Assembly: GCA_020724585.1 (NCBI GenBank)
Contig: DYGS01000001.1
Span: 66,893-130,892, forward strand
DNA: 64,000 bases
Source: Candidatus Microgenomatus sp.
GTDB taxonomy: Bacteria; Patescibacteriota; Microgenomatia; UBA8517
Direction: 5' to 3'
Below, in pieces: positions 26,441 through 36,548 of the stretch (positions are counted from its first letter, which is position 1; every line of letters starts with the position of its first letter). The notes under the pieces were generated by a model. The model saw nothing but the letters and a program-made list of their open reading frames with translations, was not told where the DNA came from and ran no database searches. The position numbers and the translations under genes were made by a program.

Positions 26441-26734
26441 ATGAGTAAGATTAATCTAAAACCAACTCCAGGATATTTGTTAATTGAGCCTCTTGCTAAA
26501 GAGGAAAAAACTGCATCAGGGATTTATCTACCTGAAACAAATAGTGAAAAACCACAAATGGGAAAAGTAATTGCTGTTGGGGCGAAGATACACAGCGATG
26601 GACACGAAATTGAATCACCAGCAGAAGTTGGTGATACAGTTCTTTATAAAAAATGGGGAGGAAATGAAGTTAAAATTGATGGAGTGGAATATCTATTTGT
26701 AAAATTTGAAGATATTTTGGCCGTCCAGGCCTAA
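26441..26734 (+). CDS. groES: Co-chaperonin GroES.
   Basis: The 97-aa product has the N-terminus 'LKPTPGYLLIEPLAKEEKTASGIYLPE'. Confidence 0.9.
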   Translation: MSKINLKPTPGYLLIEPLAKEEKTASGIYLPETNSEKPQMGKVIAVGAKIHSDGHEIESPAEVGDTVLYKKWGGNEVKIDGVEYLFVKFEDILAVQA

Positions 26735-28387
<1,653 letters not shown>

Positions 28388-28408
28388 ATTAGCTGGTATA
28401 ATTTCTTC

Positions 28409-28978
28409 ATGTGGGAAAAGGCGGAGGGATTTTTAAGTAAAGATAAATATATTGGGCCGTTGGTTAAAAAATATGGCCCATGTGGGATCAAACCAACATC
28501 AAAATCTAGGTATTTTGAAAGTTTGGTTGAAACAATTTGTAGTCAGCAGTTATCAGGCAAAGCCGCAAAAACAATTTTTGGCAGGGTAAAAACACTTCTT
28601 GGAGTTATTAATTTTGAAAATGTTTTAAATGCAAAAGATCAAAAACTTAGGGATTGTGGACTTTCCTGGCAAAAAGTTAAATATGTAAAAGACTTGGCAA
28701 TAAAAGTTAAGAATGAAGAGTTAAGAATTAATAATCTGGACAAATTAGAGGATGAAGAAGTAATTAATGAACTTATTAAAGTTAAAGGAATAGGGAGATG
28801 GTCTGCTGAAATGATATTAATGTTTGACTTAGCAAGACCAGACATATTGCCAAAAGATGATTTAGGTATTAATAAAGCCATAAAAAATTTAAAAATTAAA
28901 CAAAAAGATACTGAAAAATGGAGGCCATACAGAACAGTCGCAAGCTGGTATCTCTGGAGAAGCCTTGAAAACAATTAA
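28409..28978 (+). CDS. HhH-GPD superfamily DNA glycosylase (AlkA/3-methyladenine glycosylase II-like).
   Basis: The helix-hairpin-helix-GPD region is 'VKGIGRWSAEMILMFDLARPDILPKDDLGI' and includes the catalytic Asp context. Confidence 0.65.
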   Translation: MWEKAEGFLSKDKYIGPLVKKYGPCGIKPTSKSRYFESLVETICSQQLSGKAAKTIFGRVKTLLGVINFENVLNAKDQKLRDCGLSWQKVKYVKDLAIKVKNEELRINNLDKLEDEEVINELIKVKGIGRWSAEMILMFDLARPDILPKDDLGINKAIKNLKIKQKDTEKWRPYRTVASWYLWRSLENN

Positions 28979-28991
28979 AAATTCGATTTTT

Positions 28992-29708
28992 CTACTTCGA
29001 CAAAATTAACAGGGGATTGACTGGTATTCCATGATCCCTAATTTCTAAATGTAAATGGTCGCCGCTTGATCTTCCTGTTGACCCCATTTCTCCAATTTTG
29101 GTTTCGGTTGTAACAAGTTGATTCTCAGATACTTCGATTTTTGAAAGATGGGCATAGAGTGAAGTTAGGCCGTCTCCATGATCAATCAGGACAGAATTGC
29201 CGTATGCGAATTTAGAATAAGAAACGCTTGCAACAACACCTTTTTTAACAGGTTTAACTTCATCACCTGTAATTCCATCCAAATCAAGGCCAGGATGATA
29301 AAATTTGTAGCCTTGAGTAATTTTAATATCATCAACTGGAAACTGTGTTGAAATTTCAGTTTTGATAGGATTTTGCGTTCCATCGATTGCTGAGACTGTC
29401 GTCTCAAGATTGATATTTCCTAATGTTTGAGTAGGGAAGGATGAGGTGGCAATCAGCATTAGTGCAATATTTGACCCAAAAATTGCCTTGACCTTTTTGT
29501 GTTCAAAAATGTATCTAAAGAACTTTTGGAATAAGTTTCCCACTCTGTATTTTCTGCCCAAAACAGAAGTTGTAGGCACAAACGGCTCGGCATGAGGATC
29601 TCTTCGCTTTTTGATAAGCCTAAAGGCTAGATGTAAGCGATACTTGGGCAGATGTATGGTAATTTTTTGCATAAAGCCTCCTTTTAAGAGGTACAAAAAA
29701 TCCCGCAA
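28992..29708 (-). CDS. M23/LytM-family peptidoglycan endopeptidase.
   Basis: 'YHPGLDLDGITGDEVKPVKKGVV...GEMGSTGRSSGDHLHLEIRDHG' contains the HxxxD and HxH zinc-ligand motifs of the M23 family. Confidence 0.8.
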   Translation of the reverse strand: MRDFLYLLKGGFMQKITIHLPKYRLHLAFRLIKKRRDPHAEPFVPTTSVLGRKYRVGNLFQKFFRYIFEHKKVKAIFGSNIALMLIATSSFPTQTLGNINLETTVSAIDGTQNPIKTEISTQFPVDDIKITQGYKFYHPGLDLDGITGDEVKPVKKGVVASVSYSKFAYGNSVLIDHGDGLTSLYAHLSKIEVSENQLVTTETKIGEMGSTGRSSGDHLHLEIRDHGIPVNPLLILSK

Positions 29709-29755
29709 ATAGTTGCGAGATGGGCTATTTTAACATACAAAACCCAAAAAAGTCA

Positions 29756-29856
29756 AATGACATCCTCCCCGCCATACTGGTGGGGTATCCGTCTAAACGA
29801 GGATGACATACCAGCGTTCAATTCATCCACAGGCTTATCGCCCGTGGTTTTCTTGA
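29756..29856. repeat. Structured composite repeat, copy X. It has two hairpin modules and is the inverted counterpart of copy Y at 41715-41841.
   Basis: Module 1 is gacatcctccccgcc-ATACT-ggtggggtatccg...ggatgacata, which forms a nested stem. Module 2 is ccacaggc-ttatc-gcccgtgg. The reverse complement aligns with 41715-41841 at ~80% identity. Confidence 0.6.
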
Positions 29857-29878
29857 ATGATGTTATAAAAACCTTAAG

Positions 29879-29950
29879 AGATCCGGGCGGGAATTGAACC
29901 CGCGAATAAGAGTTTTGCAGACTCTCGCCTTACCACTTGGCCACCGGATC
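29879..29950 (-). tRNA. tRNA-Cys (anticodon GCA).
   Basis: The minus strand folds as a manual cloverleaf: acceptor GATCCGG/CCGGATC, T-arm GCGGG-TTCAATT-CCCGC, anticodon stem AGAGT/ACTCT with loop CTGCAAA (anticodon GCA), and discriminator U. CCA is not encoded. Confidence 0.85.
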
Positions 29951-29979
29951 GGTAGTTAGTATTGTAGCATACCAACTAC

Positions 29980-30354
29980 TTATTTAGCCTTAATTGCAAT
30001 TTTTCTAGGTCTTGCACTTTCGGCCTTTGGAATCTCAACCTTAACAACACCATCTTCTACAACAGCCTCTGCTTTATCCCACTGACCGCCGGAAAGGGCC
30101 GTGGTGTAGTAGTACTGATATGCCGAGGATTTGTATTCGTTTTTACTCTCGCTTTCTTCTTTTATCTCAGCCTTGATGGTTAAGACTCCATCCTCAATTT
30201 CCACTTCAACATTTTTCTTTGGGACACCGGCAACAATTCCCTCAACCAAAATAGAATCACCAGTATCCTTAATTTTTAGCCCTCTTTGTTGTTGAAGTGA
30301 TGGAAAATCATCATCAAGCAAACTTCTAAATGGGTCAAGTCTCATCAGTTGCAT
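29980..30354 (-). CDS. Hsp20/alpha-crystallin family small heat shock protein.
   Basis: The alpha-crystallin domain is 'DTGDSILVEGIVAGVPKKNVEVEIEDGVLTIKAE...VEDGVVKVEIPKAE'. The start is placed at ATG 30354 (MQLMRL...), which has a GGAGGTG Shine-Dalgarno at 30361-30367. The track start at 30375 is a GTG inside the CIRCE. Confidence 0.8.
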   Translation of the reverse strand: MQLMRLDPFRSLLDDDFPSLQQQRGLKIKDTGDSILVEGIVAGVPKKNVEVEIEDGVLTIKAEIKEESESKNEYKSSAYQYYYTTALSGGQWDKAEAVVEDGVVKVEIPKAESARPRKIAIKAK

Positions 30355-30369
30355 AGTCTCACCTCCTTC

Positions 30370-30395
30370 TGGCACTCAATATTAGTGAGTGCTAG
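30370..30395. promoter_or_regulatory. CIRCE operator (HrcA binding site) upstream of hsp20.
   Basis: tGGCACTC-AATATTAGT-GAGTGCTAg is a near-perfect inverted repeat with a 9-nt spacer, matching the CIRCE consensus TTAGCACTC-N9-GAGTGCTAA. Confidence 0.7.
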
Positions 30396-30475
30396 TTATA
30401 ATATAATTAATTTGCTTTCCTCTGTCAAGAGTTTTGTTTTAATCGATAAACTGGTAAGCTTAAGTTCTAGAAAAA

Positions 30476-31345
30476 ATGAAAAAAATTATATCAACAATTT
30501 TAAGCCTGCTAGCGATTGCCACAATCATATTTATAATTCTTGCATTTCTCGGTTTTTTTAAAAAACAAAAAGCAGGAATTTTAATAGAATCTGAGCCCAG
30601 GTCAAAAGTTTTAATAAATAATGAACTTGTTGGCGAAACTCCCTATGACGGACTTCTAGATGCAGGCGTTGTAAGTGTAAAGGTAATTCCTGATTTGGTT
30701 GAGGGTGTGGTTTTTGATGATTATGAGACAAAGATAAAGCTCGTCCCTGGCGTTAAAACGATCATCAAAAGGTCTTTTAATCAAAACGAGGACATGGCAA
30801 GTATTGTAATCGTTTCCTTTGAAGAGATATCTAAAAATAAATCAGAGGCCGTGATAGTTACAAATCCAACTAATTCTCAGGTTATCATAAACCAAAGGTC
30901 TCATGGTTATACACCTTTAAGTATTGATCTTCCCGAGGGGGAGCATAACTTAGTAATTTCTGCTAATGAATATAAAGAGAAATCCTTGCCCGTAAAAATA
31001 TATAAAGGATATAAACTCACAGCCTATGTCAAACTTGCAAAAGAAGGCGGCAACCAAAACCAAGAAGATCAAAGTCGGTCAGACAGCAATGATACAGTAA
31101 AACCTTTGTTTAGAATAAAGATTAAAAACAATTCGTCTCAGGTAATAGATATCAAAAGCGGGGCCAATATAGGTTTTCCAAAAATTGGCGAGGTAAAGGA
31201 AGGAGAAGAATATGATGTAATAGAGGAAGGAGAGGGTGGAAGTTGGTATAAAATTATTCTCACCAGTGGGCAACAAGGCTGGATTCCATCAGAAGTTACT
31301 ACAAAACTTCAGCAATCCAATTATACATTAAATCCCACTGACTGA
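30476..31345 (+). CDS. Membrane-anchored protein with PEGA-like repeats and a C-terminal bacterial SH3 domain.
   Basis: There is an N-terminal TM segment. 'GETPYDGLLDAGVVSVKVIP' and 'GYTPLSIDLPEGEHNLVISANEYKEKSLPVKI' are PEGA-like. The C-terminus 'GEEYDVIEEGEGGSWYKIILTSGQQGWIPSEV' is SH3b-like. Confidence 0.5.
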   Translation: MKKIISTILSLLAIATIIFIILAFLGFFKKQKAGILIESEPRSKVLINNELVGETPYDGLLDAGVVSVKVIPDLVEGVVFDDYETKIKLVPGVKTIIKRSFNQNEDMASIVIVSFEEISKNKSEAVIVTNPTNSQVIINQRSHGYTPLSIDLPEGEHNLVISANEYKEKSLPVKIYKGYKLTAYVKLAKEGGNQNQEDQSRSDSNDTVKPLFRIKIKNNSSQVIDIKSGANIGFPKIGEVKEGEEYDVIEEGEGGSWYKIILTSGQQGWIPSEVTTKLQQSNYTLNPTD

Positions 31346-32266
31346 TACTCCGGAGTAAAGAATCCAGTAGACAACCACCACCCAAAGGGTGATTGCAATA
31401 ATTAAAGATTTATCTGTTAGAAGTAACTTTTCAGGAGCTTCACTTTTTCCCTCAAAAATTAATGCTTCGTATCTCATGATTCCGAAAATAACAATTGGAA
31501 TTGTTATCATCATTAGTTTATTGATGGTTGTTGCCTTTGAAACTTCGGCCAAAACTAGCCAGAAGTTGATATTGGCTTTGGGACTTTCAAAAAAAGTATA
31601 GAGGCTCCAGCTCATCCAGGCTGCATTTCCAAACATGGTTACATAGCTATTTAATAGCTCTCTGGAGTATTTTGAAAGACTAACTCTAGTTTTTCCTTCA
31701 GTAGCATTTAACAAATTCATTTCGGCTCTTCTTTTTCCTGCCGCCAAAAATAGTGAGGCTGAAACAACACAAAGCAAAAACCAGACTGAAAGATGTGCAT
31801 CAATTACTAAAGCTCCTGCATAGACTCTTAATATAAATCCCGTGGCAATAATTAAAATGTCAATCACATGGAGGTTTTTTAACCCCAAACTGTAAAAAAA
31901 TTGAAGAATTAAATACGCTAAAAGCAATATAAAAAACAAATGATTTAAAGCCTCAGCCAAAATCAGCCCAAGAAAAAGAAAAATCAACAGTTCAAAAATT
32001 GCCAAAAAAACTGGAATTTTGCCAGATGCAATTGGTCTAAACTTTTTTAATGGATGTAGCCTATCTTTTGAGGCATCCATTAGGTCATTAAAAATATATG
32101 TCGCGGATGTTGCAAAAGAAAAAGCCATGAAAGCAATAACTACATTTTGGAAAAGCTCTTTTTCAAAAAGAGCTCCGGTTAAAAAGATTGCGGCAAAAAG
32201 GGCAAAATTTTTAACCCAATGAATGGGTCTTGCTGCAGAAATTACTTGGATCGCCAGGTTAGCCAC
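31328..32266 (-). CDS. UbiA-superfamily prenyltransferase, decaprenyl-phosphate phosphoribosyltransferase-like.
   Basis: The Asp-rich motif 'NDLMDASKDRLHPLKKFRPIASG' resembles the UbiA-family 5-phosphoribosyl-1-pyrophosphate:polyprenyl-phosphate transferases. It has ~8 TM helices. Confidence 0.6.
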   Translation of the reverse strand: MANLAIQVISAARPIHWVKNFALFAAIFLTGALFEKELFQNVVIAFMAFSFATSATYIFNDLMDASKDRLHPLKKFRPIASGKIPVFLAIFELLIFLFLGLILAEALNHLFFILLLAYLILQFFYSLGLKNLHVIDILIIATGFILRVYAGALVIDAHLSVWFLLCVVSASLFLAAGKRRAEMNLLNATEGKTRVSLSKYSRELLNSYVTMFGNAAWMSWSLYTFFESPKANINFWLVLAEVSKATTINKLMMITIPIVIFGIMRYEALIFEGKSEAPEKLLLTDKSLIIAITLWVVVVYWILYSGVSVSGI

Positions 32267-33282
32267 AATATTAATCCTCCAACTATAAAACCTACCCCTA
32301 TAATTGTATATAACTTGTATGTACTATTCAAATTCAAAGCCAAAATTCCCAATATTGCAGTCATTGACCAGTAAACCTGCGAAACCTGTTTTTTGGACAA
32401 GCCAGAATCCAAAAGTTTGTGGTGCAAATGCCCTCGATCTCCCCAAACGGGGGACTTGCCGGATAAAATTCTTCTTATCATGCTATAGCCTACATCTATT
32501 AGGGGAACTCCCAGCACAACAATCAGTGTCCCTACTTTTGTAGTTGAAAGAATTGAGGCTATGGCCAGTAAATACCCCGCCAAAGTAGCCCCGCCGTAGC
32601 CGGGCATTATTTTTTGGGGGAAAACATGCCAAGGAAGAAAACCAGCAAATGCACCTGCTGTTATCCCAGTTAGAATAATTACCGGCCATTGAGTGATATC
32701 CGCCGAATAATAGAATGAAAGGGCTGAAATAGTTATCGCCGAGATAATGACAACACCCGATAATTGTCCATCAATTCCCTTAGCGCCCATGTTAATCATA
32801 TTCATCATAAAAACAATCCAAATCATAGCAAAGATATCAGCAATAATTGGATTTGAAAGGTCGATTATGCCTCCGAATGGATTTGTAATAAAGGATATCC
32901 CAATTCCTGAAAATATTGGAATTGAAGCCGAGAAAAATCCTATTGCAAGTCTTAAATATGGATTTAGGTTGTATCTGTCGTCTAAAAAACCCATGACTGC
33001 AATTACAAGCGCTCCTGCTAAAATTGATATGGTGTGTTTATCCAAGGGCAGAAATATCAAAGCTGTTATTAAAAGAGAAACAAAAATTGGAATGCCGCCT
33101 CCTCTTGGAGTGGGCTTTTGGTGAATGACTTTTGGATGTTTATTTTTTTTAGGATCGTCTATTATTTTTAAGCGCTTAGCCGTTTTAATTACTAAATGGG
33201 TAACTATATATGAGATAAAGGCGGCAAAGATAGTGGGCAGTAGAAAAAGTGTTAAAAATTTCATTTTTCTAAAACATTCCAA
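32242..33282 (-). CDS. Glycosyltransferase family 4 polyprenyl-phosphate sugar-1-phosphate transferase (MraY/WecA family).
   Basis: The MraY/WecA motifs 'GFLDDRYNL' and 'LGVPLIDVGYSMIRRILSGKSPVWGDRGHLHHKLL' are present in a polytopic membrane protein. Confidence 0.7.
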   Translation of the reverse strand: MECFRKMKFLTLFLLPTIFAAFISYIVTHLVIKTAKRLKIIDDPKKNKHPKVIHQKPTPRGGGIPIFVSLLITALIFLPLDKHTISILAGALVIAVMGFLDDRYNLNPYLRLAIGFFSASIPIFSGIGISFITNPFGGIIDLSNPIIADIFAMIWIVFMMNMINMGAKGIDGQLSGVVIISAITISALSFYYSADITQWPVIILTGITAGAFAGFLPWHVFPQKIMPGYGGATLAGYLLAIASILSTTKVGTLIVVLGVPLIDVGYSMIRRILSGKSPVWGDRGHLHHKLLDSGLSKKQVSQVYWSMTAILGILALNLNSTYKLYTIIGVGFIVGGLILWLTWRSK

Positions 33283-33583
33283 CTAAAAATACAATTTTAA
33301 TAATAGTGACAACTGAAAGCAGGGAAACAGAAATAGATGCCACCCAAAGCGACTTTATTAAGAAAATATTATCAATTCTCGTCGTCAATACACTATTTAT
33401 AATTACCACAAAAATTGCAATTAAAGAAGGAATAACAATCATTATTTTCGGAGCAAGTTGATCTTCCGTTTGCGGTAAACCATAAAAAAGTGGGATTTCT
33501 GGGGGAAGCACAAACTGAAATAACAAACCCACAATAATACCCAGAAAACCCAAGATCAGACTTACCTTTTGATTAATAGCCAT
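33269..33583 (-). CDS. Small polytopic membrane protein.
   Basis: The 104-aa product has 3 predicted TM helices. It overlaps both neighbours within the glycosylation cluster. Confidence 0.3.
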   Translation of the reverse strand: MAINQKVSLILGFLGIIVGLLFQFVLPPEIPLFYGLPQTEDQLAPKIMIVIPSLIAIFVVIINSVLTTRIDNIFLIKSLWVASISVSLLSVVTIIKIVFLVGMF

Positions 33584-35043
33584 ATTTGGGAGTCATTAAT
33601 TTCAGTGATTATATAATAGTTTCCTTCTAAAAAGCCATAAAGCTCTGGAAAGGGATATGAATTATCGGTGATAATCACAAATTTAGGTTTGTTTTTGTTA
33701 AGGGCACTTAAAGTTTCATCTTTTGTCGAAAAGTCAATAAAATGATAGTCCGCGACATATTTTGTAGGAGGAAGTCTTCTTGAAAGTGAATAAACCGCCG
33801 ATGAATCATTGCTCCAGACAAAAATTTTATCATTTTTTTGGGATGAGGTTTTTAAAAATTCCGCAATTTTGTAGTTTCTATTAACATTTTTAGAAAAGTA
33901 GTCAAAATATTCGCTTTTATCAATTTTTTGCACAGCAAATTTTAGAAAATTTGAATAATAAGGGGTAGTTGGGTAATACCAAAATTTAAAATAATAGGGG
34001 ACAAAGGCAAATAAAGCGAGCGGAATTATTGCCAAAATCTGTTCAATGTTTTTGTTTGTGAAAAGCATGCCAAAAAGTATCGCTGCAGGTGTAACTGATT
34101 GTAAAAGATAGTGCGGATAAGGTCTTTCGGATAGGGTTACGGCAAAGAGTGTGGCCAGAAGCCAGCCTGACACAAATACAAATTGTTTAGAGAGTTTGTT
34201 TTTAAATAGCCAAAGGACTATAAATCCGAAGATCATGATCGAAAATCTAACCAGAAGCGGCAGATTCCTTTCCAGGAAAGGCTTGGCGACATCTTGTGGT
34301 CTCCAACTGCTGACATAACCAAAATTCTGCTTGAATGCGGCGGTAAGATATTGATTAAATGATCCATTTAAATAAAACCAGAAAAACGATATTAAATGGG
34401 GAATAAAAAATGCTGTGGAAAGGATTGCCAGTTTTTTTACAAATTGCCAGAAGTCAGTCTTTTTTGTGTAAATTAGCCAAAATACAACAATTGCTAAAAT
34501 ATCAAATGCAGCAACAATTTTAAAAAGTGAGGCAATAGCAATAAGTATTCCGCCAAAGAAGATTTTTCTTAAATCATCCCTATTTTTGTAAGCAAGATAT
34601 AATCCCAAAAGAGTAGGAACAATCATAAAATTTTCTGCATTGGCAATATTACCTTCAAGAAGGGGGATGGTGGTGAAAATGCCAAACAGAACAGTTGCAA
34701 CCTTTTGTAGTTTCTCATTTTTGATAAACAGCTCTCTTATAAGTTTCCAGAATAGATAAACAGAAATTAAGCTAAATAAAGCTAAAAGTACTTTAAAGAT
34801 AAACAAGTTGCTGGAGACTGCCGCGGTTAAATAAAGAAGCGGCGGCTTATTGTCATGAAGTCCAAGGTAAAGTGGTATACCCTGCCTAATCCCATGCCCC
34901 AGAGTCATATAAATCATCTCATCGCCATAGTAGTAAGGCTCAAAAAATGATGGAATTCTAAGGATAACTAGTATGGCAAAAAACATCTCAAGCCAGAGAG
35001 GAGTATCAATTTTTGAGACCAACCAATTCCAACTTTTTATCAC
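33562..35043 (-). CDS. GT-C fold membrane glycosyltransferase (ArnT/PMT-like).
   Basis: A 'YYYGDEMIY' Asp-Glu motif lies in the first extracytoplasmic loop. There are ~11 TM helices. Confidence 0.5.
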   Translation of the reverse strand: MIKSWNWLVSKIDTPLWLEMFFAILVILRIPSFFEPYYYGDEMIYMTLGHGIRQGIPLYLGLHDNKPPLLYLTAAVSSNLFIFKVLLALFSLISVYLFWKLIRELFIKNEKLQKVATVLFGIFTTIPLLEGNIANAENFMIVPTLLGLYLAYKNRDDLRKIFFGGILIAIASLFKIVAAFDILAIVVFWLIYTKKTDFWQFVKKLAILSTAFFIPHLISFFWFYLNGSFNQYLTAAFKQNFGYVSSWRPQDVAKPFLERNLPLLVRFSIMIFGFIVLWLFKNKLSKQFVFVSGWLLATLFAVTLSERPYPHYLLQSVTPAAILFGMLFTNKNIEQILAIIPLALFAFVPYYFKFWYYPTTPYYSNFLKFAVQKIDKSEYFDYFSKNVNRNYKIAEFLKTSSQKNDKIFVWSNDSSAVYSLSRRLPPTKYVADYHFIDFSTKDETLSALNKNKPKFVIITDNSYPFPELYGFLEGNYYIITEINDSQIWLLIKR

Positions 35044-35063
35044 ATTTTTATTCTAACATAAAA

Positions 35064-36548
35064 CTAGACTTTTTCGGTAACTTTATATTGGATGTATTTC
35101 CCAAGCATCAGTCTTGTATGGGCATCAAGGCCGGGGATAGCTCCAAAAATAAAGCCAACGACGGGCATTAGAACGAATTCCAAAGGAGAAAATACCCTTT
35201 TCCAGTAAGGGGCATCTTTTGGCTTATAAACATTATCTATAAAAATCATAACCAACAAAAAGGCCAAAGATATAGTTAGGATGATTGATGATAATTTTGG
35301 CACCATAAATCCAAGTGCTGTTCTACCAAATGCAGGGTTTATAAGTGTCGGAATTGTAAGCCCTATGGTTATGATAAACCAGTTAACTGGCCACAAAAAA
35401 TGAGCTTTCAGAGCCTGGACAACTCTTGTTGTTTTGTCCCAAAAAGGAATTTTTCTATCTATTAAATAGTTTCTAATGATCCAACTGTCATCAGATGCTC
35501 CCCAAGCCCATCTTTGAATTTGTAAATATTGGTTTTTGAATGTCTGCCAAGTGCTATGCGACTGCACCGCGTCAGCAAAAAGAGGCAGATAAATGGGCTC
35601 AACTTCAACTCCTCCTCCGGCTTTATAAAAAGATTTAAAGAATATTCCCCAATCTTCAGGAATTTTATCAGCATCCCAATAGCCCGATTTGTGAAGCAGT
35701 TTAAAGGAAAGCGAATAATGCCCTGGACCTATTATTAGCCTGTCTTTTCTAGGTAGTTGCGATAAATTCCAAATGGACATCAGAGTATTAAGTACCCTAA
35801 TAGGCGATGGGACTTGCCAGATGTTATTGTAAAAAAGAATAGCTGGTTGCCAGAAATATTTATATCTTTTAGGATTATCCAAAAATTTAAAAGAAAGGGC
35901 AGAAAAATAGTTTTTATTGAAAGTGTGATCCGCATCGCAACTTGTAATTGTAGTGTAGTCAAGATTTTCTCTGTTGTCTTTGATGTAATTTTTGTAATAA
36001 TAAGTTGCTGCAAACCTTTCATTTGAGGCCTTTCCAACGACTTCGCCGGGAACCAGCTTATGAACAGTTTGGATAAAATTATTAAATTTATTTCCAAATT
36101 TAGAGTTTAATGTTTGGAATTTAGTATCTCTATCTTTGAGGGGTTCTTTTTCCTCCATTGCGATAATTACCGTAATCATTTTGGTTGGCAGAGTTTGGGA
36201 AATCAAAGATTGCATAGTTCTTTCCAAAATATGAAGGGGTTCTTTGTATGTTGGGATAATTACTACATGATTTAATTTATTCCAATCTTTAAAAGTTTTT
36301 AAGTCAGATAGCCAATCATAATTTAGAGCCGCCTGAATTTTTAAGTGGGAAACAATTGATGTAACTGCGATCAAAAGTGACTGATAAAACCAATAAACAT
36401 TAAAAAGAAGTACAAAGTAGGCAACAAAATTAGGAAAAACAAAAATACCCCAATAGGGAAGTAAAATCATATTCCAAGAAAAAAAGCCAGGAAGCATTTC
36501 TAAAAGTCTTAAAGTCAATTTTTCATTTCGTTTAATCCAATTTCTCAT
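35064..36548 (-). CDS. Membrane-embedded family 2 glycosyltransferase.
   Basis: 'VVIIPTYKEPLHILERTMQSLISQTLP' is the GT2 N-terminal motif. TM helices flank the catalytic domain. Confidence 0.55.
   Translation of the reverse strand: MRNWIKRNEKLTLRLLEMLPGFFSWNMILLPYWGIFVFPNFVAYFVLLFNVYWFYQSLLIAVTSIVSHLKIQAALNYDWLSDLKTFKDWNKLNHVVIIPTYKEPLHILERTMQSLISQTLPTKMITVIIAMEEKEPLKDRDTKFQTLNSKFGNKFNNFIQTVHKLVPGEVVGKASNERFAATYYYKNYIKDNRENLDYTTITSCDADHTFNKNYFSALSFKFLDNPKRYKYFWQPAILFYNNIWQVPSPIRVLNTLMSIWNLSQLPRKDRLIIGPGHYSLSFKLLHKSGYWDADKIPEDWGIFFKSFYKAGGGVEVEPIYLPLFADAVQSHSTWQTFKNQYLQIQRWAWGASDDSWIIRNYLIDRKIPFWDKTTRVVQALKAHFLWPVNWFIITIGLTIPTLINPAFGRTALGFMVPKLSSIILTISLAFLLVMIFIDNVYKPKDAPYWKRVFSPLEFVLMPVVGFIFGAIPGLDAHTRLMLGKYIQYKVTEKV

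Noticed and set aside
29709-29878. A second tRNA adjacent to tRNA-Cys.
   Set aside because: The hairpin-rich sequence at 29756-29856 does not fold into a cloverleaf with a 7-nt anticodon loop and T-arm GTTC. It is instead explained by the structured repeat, copy X.
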